Positions 57,031 through 64,000 of a stretch of DNA of 64,000 bases are shown piece after piece (within the stretch, counting starts at the first letter, position 1; every line of letters starts with the position of its first letter). The position numbers and the translations under genes are program-made. Location: contig JAKFBU010000023.1 in the NCBI GenBank assembly GCA_036676985.1, positions 32,001 through 96,000 on the forward strand, written 5' to 3'. The notes under the pieces were generated by a model, which saw only the letters and a program-made list of their open reading frames with translations, ran no database searches and was not told the origin of the DNA. This stretch comes from Candidatus Sericytochromatia bacterium. GTDB lineage: Bacteria > Cyanobacteriota > Sericytochromatia > S15B-MN24 > UBA4093.

Positions 57031-58674
57031 ATGGCCATTTCCGGCAACCGCATGCGGCTCGGGGAGATCCTGATCAAGGCCGGGATCCTGACCGAGGACC
57101 AGCTCAACCACGGACTCGCCAAGCAGCAGCACACCCGGGAGCCTATCGGCGAGATCCTGATCCAGCTCGGCTACGTCACCGAGTCGCAGATCAAGCACGC
57201 GCTCGAGCTGCAGTACGGCGTCAAGAGCTTCGAGTTCAAGAGCAAGGTCCCCACCGAGCTCACCCGGCTCATCCCCGAGAACATGATCAAGCAGCACAAG
57301 ATCCTGCCGGTCTCCATCTCGCAGATGACCGTCGCCATGGTCGATCCGGGCAACATCCTCGCCCTGGACGACCTGCGGCTGCGCTTCAAGGGCGTCTCCA
57401 TCCAGCCGGTCGTCATCACCGAGGCCGAGTTCCGCGAGGTGATGAAGAGCCTGCCCCACGAGCAGGTAGGCCATGCCGAAGAGGGCCCGGAGTCCACCGC
57501 CACGGCCGAAGAGCAGACGGCCTCGCAGCTCGCCATGGCCATCCTTTCCACCGCCCTGCGCCGAAAGGCCACCGAGATCATCCTGGAGCCGCACGAGTTC
57601 GAGACCTCGGTGCGGTTCCGGATCGACGGCGCCCTCGTCCAGGAGCCCTCGGTCACCACCCGCGTGGCCGCAAGCCTCGTCGCACGCTTCAAGGTGATGG
57701 CCGAGCTCGCCCTGACGGCGGGCAACGTGCCCCAGGCGGGCACCATCAAGACCCACCACGAGGGCCGTGCGGTAAACGTGTTCCTGCGATCGCTGCCGGT
57801 CCGGCACGGCCAGCTCCTGACGCTGCGCCTCTTCGACCATGCGGCGGTGAACGACGCCACCCTCGACAACCTGGTCCTGCACCCAGCAGCGGCCGCGGGC
57901 ATCCGCAAGATGCTCCACGCCTCGGCCGGCCTGATCCTCCTCAACGGCCCCAAGCACTCGGGCAAGTCCACGCTCTTCCACGCCATCCTGAAGGAGGGCC
58001 TCAAGGGCCAGCGCAGCATCCTCAGCTTCGGCCAGCTCCACCACGACCTGGACGGCATCTCCCAGGTGCCCGTGGATGCCCAGCGCCCGGACACGACCCT
58101 GACGCAGATTCTCGAACAGGCCCCGGATCTGCTCGCGTTCCCCTCCTTGACGGATGCGGGCCTCGCCAAGCACCTGGTCCACGGGGCGCTCGCGGGCAAT
58201 GCGGCGGTGGTCGGGGTGCCGACGGCTCAGCGCTTCCTCCATCAGCTCCACGACCTCAGCGAGCTGCCGGCGCGCACGGTCGCCAACGCGGTCGCGGGCG
58301 TGGTCACAGTAAGGCTGGTACGCAAGCTCTGCGACAAGTGCAAGGTCCCCTACCAGCCGGACGACCAGACGGCCGCGTACTTCAAGACCCTGAACGAGAC
58401 GGGCAGGCTGCACCGCGCGGTGGGGTGCCCCGAGTGCCACGAGACGGGCTTCAGCGGGCAGGTTGGCATCTACGGCGCGCTGCCCTTCGACGCCCAGGTC
58501 CGGACCATGGTGGCCACCAACAGCCCGCAGTCTCAGATCGAGCAGTACGGCAAGCAGAAGGGCTATTTGCCGCTTCACGACTACGCCTCATGGGTCGCCG
58601 CCCAGGGACTCACGACCCTCGAGGAGCTCGCGCGGACCGATCTCTTCGACCGGGTGGCGGACGATCCGGTCTAG
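57031..58674 (+). CDS. GspE/PilB-family protein with N-terminal MshEN and degenerate ATPase motifs
   Basis: RLGEILIKAGILTEDQL tandem MshEN; VRFRIDG; Walker A GPKHSGKST; CDKC/CPEC Zn motif; Walker B and His box altered. Confidence 0.85.
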   Translation: MAISGNRMRLGEILIKAGILTEDQLNHGLAKQQHTREPIGEILIQLGYVTESQIKHALELQYGVKSFEFKSKVPTELTRLIPENMIKQHKILPVSISQMTVAMVDPGNILALDDLRLRFKGVSIQPVVITEAEFREVMKSLPHEQVGHAEEGPESTATAEEQTASQLAMAILSTALRRKATEIILEPHEFETSVRFRIDGALVQEPSVTTRVAASLVARFKVMAELALTAGNVPQAGTIKTHHEGRAVNVFLRSLPVRHGQLLTLRLFDHAAVNDATLDNLVLHPAAAAGIRKMLHASAGLILLNGPKHSGKSTLFHAILKEGLKGQRSILSFGQLHHDLDGISQVPVDAQRPDTTLTQILEQAPDLLAFPSLTDAGLAKHLVHGALAGNAAVVGVPTAQRFLHQLHDLSELPARTVANAVAGVVTVRLVRKLCDKCKVPYQPDDQTAAYFKTLNETGRLHRAVGCPECHETGFSGQVGIYGALPFDAQVRTMVATNSPQSQIEQYGKQKGYLPLHDYASWVAAQGLTTLEELARTDLFDRVADDPV

Positions 58675-58790
58675 GGGCGAGTTTCGGCCAAAACAGCGAC
58701 CAAGCGGCACTTGGGAGCTATAATGTCAGCGGTCCCTGGCATCAGGCCGGGGCCTGCGTTTTATGGAAGACCGCTAACAAGGAGCGAGCC

Positions 58791-59984
58791 ATGGCCCATC
58801 ATCTGAACCGAGCCTTCATCGTCGTCCTCGACGGCATGGGGGTGGGTGCGCTTCCGGACGCCCACAAGTTCGGCGACGAGCACGCCAATACTTTCGCCAA
58901 CTGCGCCAAGGCCGTTGGCGGCCTCAACCTTCCCAACCTCCAGAAGCTGGGCCTGGGCAACATCATCCCCATCGAGGGCGTGTCCCCCGTCGAGCGTCCC
59001 CTGGCGAGCTTCGGCAAGATGGCCGAAAAGTCGCCCGGCAAGGACACCACCACGGGCCACTGGGAGATGTCGGGCGTCATCCTCGATCACGCCTTCCCGG
59101 TCTTCCCCAAGTTCTCCGACGAGGTCATGGAGGAGTTCTGCCGCCAGACCGGCCGCGGCTACCTCGGCAACGTGCCGGCCTCGGGCACCGAGATCCTCAA
59201 GGAGCTCGGCGAGGAGCACATGAAGACCGGCAAGTGGATCGTCTACACCAGCGGCGACAGCGTCTTCCAGATCGCGGCCCACACGGACGTCGTGCCCCTC
59301 GAGGAGCTCTACGACGCCTGCAAGAAGGCCCGCAAGATCCTCGATCCCTTGCACGTGGGCCGCGTCATCGCGCGCCCCTTCTACGGCGAGCCGGGCAACT
59401 TCGAGCGCGACCAGGGGGCGCGGCATGACTACTCGGTGCCGCCCGAGGGCAAGACCCTCCTCGACTTCGCCCAGGAGGCGGGCCGGGAGGTCATCGGCAT
59501 CGGCAAGATCTACGACATCTTCGCCGGCCACGGCGTGACGCGCAGCCTGCCCACCGCCGCCAACGCGGAAGGCATCGAGAAGACCATCCAGATGGCCCAC
59601 GAGGCGCCGGACGGCAGCCTCGTCTTCAACAACCTGGTTGATACGGATTCCAAGTACGGTCACCGCAACAACCCGCAGGGCATGGCCGAGTGCCTCGCCG
59701 AGTTCGACGCGGGCCTGGGCCGGCTCTTGGAGGCCCTCAAGCCCGGGGACCTGCTCATCCTGAGCGCGGACCACGGCAACGAGGCGACGGACGTGTCCAC
59801 CGACCACACCCGCGAGTACGTCCCGCTCCTGGCCTACCAGCCGGGGGTGCCGGGCGTCGATCTCGGCATCCGCACGGGCTTCAGCGACATTGCCCAGACC
59901 ATCGCCACCGGCTGGGGTCTCCCGGTCGAGCTGCCGGGCGAGAGCTTCTGGCACCAGATGAGCCCGTCCCCCATCACCGCCTAG
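58791..59984 (+). CDS. deoB: phosphopentomutase
   Basis: IVVLDGMGVG, GKDTTTGHWE, YTSGDSVFQIAAH, GRVIARPF, NLVDTDSKYGHR, SADHGN, DHTREYVP; RBS AAGGAG. Confidence 0.95.
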   Translation: MAHHLNRAFIVVLDGMGVGALPDAHKFGDEHANTFANCAKAVGGLNLPNLQKLGLGNIIPIEGVSPVERPLASFGKMAEKSPGKDTTTGHWEMSGVILDHAFPVFPKFSDEVMEEFCRQTGRGYLGNVPASGTEILKELGEEHMKTGKWIVYTSGDSVFQIAAHTDVVPLEELYDACKKARKILDPLHVGRVIARPFYGEPGNFERDQGARHDYSVPPEGKTLLDFAQEAGREVIGIGKIYDIFAGHGVTRSLPTAANAEGIEKTIQMAHEAPDGSLVFNNLVDTDSKYGHRNNPQGMAECLAEFDAGLGRLLEALKPGDLLILSADHGNEATDVSTDHTREYVPLLAYQPGVPGVDLGIRTGFSDIAQTIATGWGLPVELPGESFWHQMSPSPITA

Positions 59985-60011
59985 TCCCTGCTATTTAGGA
60001 GTTCAAGACAC

Positions 60012-60317
60012 ATGCCCGACATCAACGACCTCAAAGTCAGCGCCGAGAAGCTCGCCAAGGCCGCGGCCGAAACCGCCGAGCTGGGCGTCCAGGTGGCCCG
60101 CGAGCAGTTCCACACCCTGATCAAGGATCCGGAAGTGCGCCGCCGGATGGAGGAGGCCGAGCAGACCTTCGACAACCAGATGAAGGAAGTCTCGCGCCGG
60201 ATCGAGGATGGTGCGAACCAGATGTTCTCGATGTTCAACAGCCTGCTGCAGCAGCAGAAGGCCTCCGAGGAGGCCAAGGCCCCCGAGAGCACCGAGGGCG
60301 AAGCCAAGAAGGACTAG
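60012..60317 (+). CDS. hypothetical amphipathic helical protein (101 aa)
   Basis: AGGAG RBS, Ala/Glu/Lys-rich, own terminator. Confidence 0.75.
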   Translation: MPDINDLKVSAEKLAKAAAETAELGVQVAREQFHTLIKDPEVRRRMEEAEQTFDNQMKEVSRRIEDGANQMFSMFNSLLQQQKASEEAKAPESTEGEAKKD

Positions 60318-60329
60318 GATTTTGGTCCC

Positions 60330-60367
60330 AAGCCCCCCGGCTGAAGCCCGGGGGGCTTTCTTTTTTT
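60330..60367 (+). terminator. intrinsic terminator
   Basis: AAGCCCCCCGG...CCGGGGGGCTT followed by a T-rich tract. Confidence 0.85.
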
Positions 60368-60369
60368 CT

Positions 60370-60516
60370 AAGGAGGCCCCCCCGCCCCCCCCTCTAGAGG
60401 GGGGGAGGGATCATGGGATGGTGAAAGCGGGGCTGCTCCTTAGGATCTTGGGTTTGGCTTCCCCTCCCAAGAGCTTCCCCCCCTCTAGAGGGGGGGCTAG
60501 GGGGGGTCCTCCTTGT
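60370..60516. repeat. inverted pair of REP-like palindromic repeats (REPIN-like doublet)
   Basis: 60474-60516 is 41/43 identical to 6035-6077; 60370-60407 is a slightly degenerate reverse-complement copy about 65 nt away. Confidence 0.75.
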
Positions 60517-60519
60517 TCC

Positions 60520-61971
60520 TCAAACCCGCAGCGGCACTTCCGCCCAGAGCCGCGCCGCCTCGTAGAGGTCCACGTACATGCACGCCTCGCGGCCCCACGA
60601 GTAGTCCGCCGCCATGCAGTTGACCACCAACCGCTGCCACATGGGCTTGTGATCGAAGACGAAGCGCGCATGCCGGATCGCCGCGAGCATGGCGTCGCTG
60701 TCGTACCGCTCGAACGTGAAGCCCGTGCCCTCCCCGTGCCGGGGATGGAACTCCTTGACCGTGTCCGCGAGCCCGCCGGTCGCCCGCACGATGGGCACCG
60801 TGCCGTAGCGCATGGCGATGAGCTGCCCCAGCCCGCACGGCTCGAAGCGCGACGGCATCAAAAGGGCGTCCGCGCCCGCGTAAATGCGCTGCGCGAGCAT
60901 GGTGTCGAAGCCGATCTGCCCGCGCACGTCCGGACTCTCGTCGAAGATCCGCAGGAACGTCAGCTCGTGCTCCTTTTGGCCCGAGCCCGTCACGGCGAAC
61001 TGGATGTCCATGTGGCTCCAGACCTCCGCCGACTCGTCCACCAGGTCGAAGCCCTTCTGATCCACCATGCGCGAGACGATGCCGATCAGCATGGTGCTGG
61101 GAGCCACCCGCAGCCCGAGCTCCTGCTGCAGGGCCGCCTTGCAGACCGCCTTGCCCGAGCGGTTGACGATGTTGTAATTCGCCCGGATGGACGGGTCGCT
61201 CGCCGGGTCGTAGCGATCGTAGTCCACGCCGTTCAGGATGCCCCAGAGGCGTTCGCTCCGGCTCCGCAACACGCCGTCGAGCCCCTCGCCGAAGGTCGGG
61301 TTCTGGATCTCCACGGCGTAGCGGGGGCTGACGGTGTTGATCATGTCCGCGTACACGATACCCGCCTTCATGCAGTTGACCTGGCCATAGTACTCCACGC
61401 CCCGGTGATGAAAGACCCGCCGGTCGATGCGCGCGAAGTCCAGGATCTCGGGCGGCACCGCGCCCTGGTAGGCCAGGTTGTGGATGGTGAAGACCGCCGC
61501 CATGTTCCGGAAGGCGGCATGGTCTTTCAGGGTATCGTTGACGAGCACCGGCAAGAGCCCCGTGTGCCAGTCGTTGGCGTGGATCACGTCCGGCTGGAAG
61601 TCGCCCTGGATGACGAACTCGGCCACCGCGCGGCAGAAGAAGGCGAACTGGAAGGCCTCGATGGAGTGGCCGTAGATGCGGCTCCGATTGCCGAAGTAGT
61701 AGCGGTTGTCCACGAAGTAGACGGGCACGTCGTCCAGGTGCCCCTCGTAGATGCGCGCCGCCTGGTCTCCGATGCCCGCAGGCACCGGCAGGGCCTCGTG
61801 CCGCACCTGCAGGTCGTAGCGCCCGGGATCGATGAAGCCGTAGCGCGGCAGGATGACCCGGGCGTCGTGCCCGAGGCGTCGCAAGGCCTTCGGCAGGGAG
61901 GCGGCCACGTCCGCCAGCCCGCCCGCCTTCGCAAAGGGCGCCATTTCCGCTGCCGCCAACAGGATCTTCAT
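60520..61971 (-). CDS. glgA: glycogen synthase
   Basis: KAGGLADV, HANDWHTG, FTIHNLAYQG, GILNGVDY, MPSRFEPCGLGQLIAMRYG. Confidence 0.96.
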   Translation of the reverse strand: MKILLAAAEMAPFAKAGGLADVAASLPKALRRLGHDARVILPRYGFIDPGRYDLQVRHEALPVPAGIGDQAARIYEGHLDDVPVYFVDNRYYFGNRSRIYGHSIEAFQFAFFCRAVAEFVIQGDFQPDVIHANDWHTGLLPVLVNDTLKDHAAFRNMAAVFTIHNLAYQGAVPPEILDFARIDRRVFHHRGVEYYGQVNCMKAGIVYADMINTVSPRYAVEIQNPTFGEGLDGVLRSRSERLWGILNGVDYDRYDPASDPSIRANYNIVNRSGKAVCKAALQQELGLRVAPSTMLIGIVSRMVDQKGFDLVDESAEVWSHMDIQFAVTGSGQKEHELTFLRIFDESPDVRGQIGFDTMLAQRIYAGADALLMPSRFEPCGLGQLIAMRYGTVPIVRATGGLADTVKEFHPRHGEGTGFTFERYDSDAMLAAIRHARFVFDHKPMWQRLVVNCMAADYSWGREACMYVDLYEAARLWAEVPLRV

Positions 61972-62069
61972 GCTTGCCCCCTCGCCACCCGTGCACGGCT
62001 CATGCTAGAAGCGCGGAGCGCGGCCCCGCAACAATCGGCGGGGGGTTGCGTCGAGGGTCGCCGTGCGGG

Positions 62070-63161
62070 CTACGACGGGGCGATCAGGCCTCGGGCCACG
62101 GAGACGGCGGCCCGGGCGTGATCCGGCAACGTGTCGGGGGCGATCGCCAGCACCCCGGGCTGATGCCGGCGGCGATACAGCCAGCTGCCCACGATCTGGA
62201 CCTCGTCCAGCTCCGCGCGGCCGATCCGGGAGCCGGGGGGCGCCGCCGTCACGAAGGACTGCTTCAGGAAGGCCCGCAGCTTGGCGGACGCCGTTCGATC
62301 CGAGATCTCGGCCTCCGAGAGCGTCAGCTGGCCCACCCAGCGGGCCCGCCGGATGGCGAGAAAGGTCGCGGCCGGGCCCGGATGGGCCGGCAGCACCACC
62401 AGGTAATCGAAGCCGTCCGCGGCGCTGAGACGGGCCTGGTGCTCCATGAGGCCGGTGAGGGCGCGCAGGCGATCGCGCAGGCGGGCGGCCCGCTCGAACT
62501 CGAAGCTCTCGCTCGCCGCGGTCATCTCGGCCCGCATGCGGGTGACGAGATCGCCCGGGTCCCCCTTGAGGACCGCCTCGAGCTGCCGGACCCCGTCCGC
62601 GTAGGCGGCATCCACCCGACCGGTACACGGCCCCGCGCAGCGCGCCAGGTCGAGCTGCAGGCATGGGCGTTCCGGCAAGACTGAGCAGGTGCGCAGGCCG
62701 AAGACGGGCTGCAGGTGCTCCAGGGCTTCGGTCAGATAGCTCGCGCTGTGAAAGGGACCGAAGTAGCGGGAGCCGTCCTCTTCGAGGACGCGGGTCACCA
62801 TGAGGCGCGGATACCGCTCGGCCGTCAGCTTGAGGAAGGGATAGTGCTCGTAGCGGCGCCCGCGCACGTTGTAGATGGGCTGGCGCTCCTTGATGAGCCT
62901 AGACTCCAGCAAGAGGGCCTCGAGCTCGGAGCCCGTGTGGTATACCTCGATGTGCTGGACCTCGCGCTTGAGGCGCTCGGTGCGCCGCGTGTGGCCGCCC
63001 CCTTTGCGGAAGTAGGAGCGGACGCGATCGCGCAGGTTGACGGACTTGCCGACGTAGAGCAAATGGCCCGGCTCGTCCGAGAAGAGGTAGACGCCGGGCG
63101 AGCAAGGGAGGGTTGCGATCGCATCAGGGCCAAGCGAGACCGCCCGGCCCTGGTATCTCAC
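62070..63161 (-). CDS. Cho/UvrC N-terminal-like excinuclease (GIY-YIG + Cys cluster + UVR)
   Basis: PGVYLF...LYVGKSVNLRDRVRSYF, ELEALLLESRLIK, four-Cys region, FEFERAARLRD; lacks the UvrC RNase H/HhH C-terminus; GTG 63161 overlaps the mazG stop. Confidence 0.85.
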   Translation of the reverse strand: MRYQGRAVSLGPDAIATLPCSPGVYLFSDEPGHLLYVGKSVNLRDRVRSYFRKGGGHTRRTERLKREVQHIEVYHTGSELEALLLESRLIKERQPIYNVRGRRYEHYPFLKLTAERYPRLMVTRVLEEDGSRYFGPFHSASYLTEALEHLQPVFGLRTCSVLPERPCLQLDLARCAGPCTGRVDAAYADGVRQLEAVLKGDPGDLVTRMRAEMTAASESFEFERAARLRDRLRALTGLMEHQARLSAADGFDYLVVLPAHPGPAATFLAIRRARWVGQLTLSEAEISDRTASAKLRAFLKQSFVTAAPPGSRIGRAELDEVQIVGSWLYRRRHQPGVLAIAPDTLPDHARAAVSVARGLIAPS

Positions 63162-64000
63162 CCGACGTTGACCTTGGCGCGTTGCCACAGCGCCTCCATC
63201 TCGTCCAGGGAAAGCTCGGGGAAGCGGCCCTCGGCGAGGTGCTCCATCTCCTCGAAGCGGCGGCGGAAGCGGTGATTGGCCTGACGCAGGGCCTCCTCCG
63301 GGTCCACCTTGAGCTTGCGACCGAGGTTCGCCAGCGCGAAGAGCATGTCGCCGAGCTCGTGGGTCACGGCGTCCTGGCCCAGGTTGTCCCGGAGGGCCTC
63401 ACGCAGCTCGCCCACTTCCTCCTCGATCTTGTCGAGGACCTGGATGGCCTCGGGCCAGTCGAACTTGACGCGCGCGGCCTTGGCCTGGATCTTCTCGGCG
63501 ACCACCAGGGCGGGAAGGGCCGTGGTGACGCCCGCGAGGGCCGACTCGACCCGCTTTTCGGTCTGCTGGGCCTTCTCCTCGGCCTTGATCTCCTCCCAGT
63601 TCTTCAGCACCTCCTCGGTGCCCGAGACCTGGACCTCGCCGAAGACGTGCGGGTGCCGGCGGACGAGCTTGTCCGAGATGGCGTTGGAGACGTCCTGGAT
63701 GTCGAAGTCGCCCTGCTCCGAGAAGATCTGGGCCTGCAGCACGACTTGCAGCAACAGGTCGCCGAGCTCCTCCTCGATGGCGCCCACGTCGCCGGAGTCG
63801 ATGGCCTCGACCGTCTCGTAGGCCTCCTCGAGGACGAACTTGCGCAGGCTCTCGGGCGTCTGCTCGCGATCCCACGGGCAGCCGTCGGGGGCCCTCAGGC
63901 GCGCGATCACCTCCACCAGGCGCGGGAAGCCGGTGGGGGGGGCGGGCGGCAGGTAGAGGGTCGTGAGGTAGTCGACCCACTCGAGGCGGTCGATCTCATA
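63158..64000 (-). CDS. mazG: nucleoside triphosphate pyrophosphohydrolase MazG (probably YabN-type, 5' end outside the window)
   Basis: LRAPDGCPWDREQT, EEAYE, EELGDLLLQV, RRHPHVF, second MazG domain EEVGEL...ELGDMLF; frame open to the window edge. Confidence 0.92.
   Translation of the reverse strand, partial: YEIDRLEWVDYLTTLYLPPAPPTGFPRLVEVIARLRAPDGCPWDREQTPESLRKFVLEEAYETVEAIDSGDVGAIEEELGDLLLQVVLQAQIFSEQGDFDIQDVSNAISDKLVRRHPHVFGEVQVSGTEEVLKNWEEIKAEEKAQQTEKRVESALAGVTTALPALVVAEKIQAKAARVKFDWPEAIQVLDKIEEEVGELREALRDNLGQDAVTHELGDMLFALANLGRKLKVDPEEALRQANHRFRRRFEEMEHLAEGRFPELSLDEMEALWQRAKVNVG

Noticed and set aside
57009-59984. 991-aa ORF suggesting an extended DeoB
   Set aside because: The upstream part is an alternate frame of the PilB-like gene; deoB has its own RBS and ATG at 58791.
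60012-60317. Phasin assignment for the 101-aa helical protein
   Set aside because: The composition fits, but there is no diagnostic motif and no PHA synthase nearby.
62070-63161. Truncated uvrC pseudogene
   Set aside because: Intact frame coupled to mazG; short Cho-like proteins lacking the C-terminal half are a known class.
1-64000. GCGATCGC (HIP1-like) octamers, about 30 by eye
   Set aside because: Plausibly explained by high GC and GCG-ATC-GCN (Ala-Ile-Ala) codons; enrichment cannot be claimed without a Markov-model test.

Overview
High-GC bacterial chromosomal window with about 60 genes and no rRNA, tRNA, CRISPR array or transposase that I can support. Several proteins resemble cyanobacterial families: a SigF/SigB-type sigma factor, a single-domain sucrose-phosphate synthase, a GH100 invertase and a ferredoxin-MBL fusion. 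There are no photosynthesis genes, which would fit a non-photosynthetic relative of cyanobacteria such as Sericytochromatia (inference only). Main blocks: (1) ethylmalonyl-CoA pathway genes (mch, ecm, phaJ-like, ccr, mcd) with etfBA and a membrane Fe-S/CCG ETF oxidoreductase, split by a LysR-antiporter pair and a sucrose synthesis/degradation module; (2) three lipoproteins, two sharing an unnamed N-terminal domain; (3) an unexplained lipid or secondary-metabolite cluster (BtaA/DUF3419-like, desaturase-like, divergent UbiA, RPH/PigC-type dikinase, OleC-like ligase); (4) housekeeping genes recQ, folC, yhaM, galT, mutS, pdp, deoB, glgA, a Cho/UvrC-like gene and mazG; (5) a DUF2239 + GIY-YIG-like operon whose promoter is covered by two perfect palindromes; (6) two MshEN proteins, one an apparently inactive PilB/GspE paralogue. 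All family calls come from motif recognition by eye, not from database searches.
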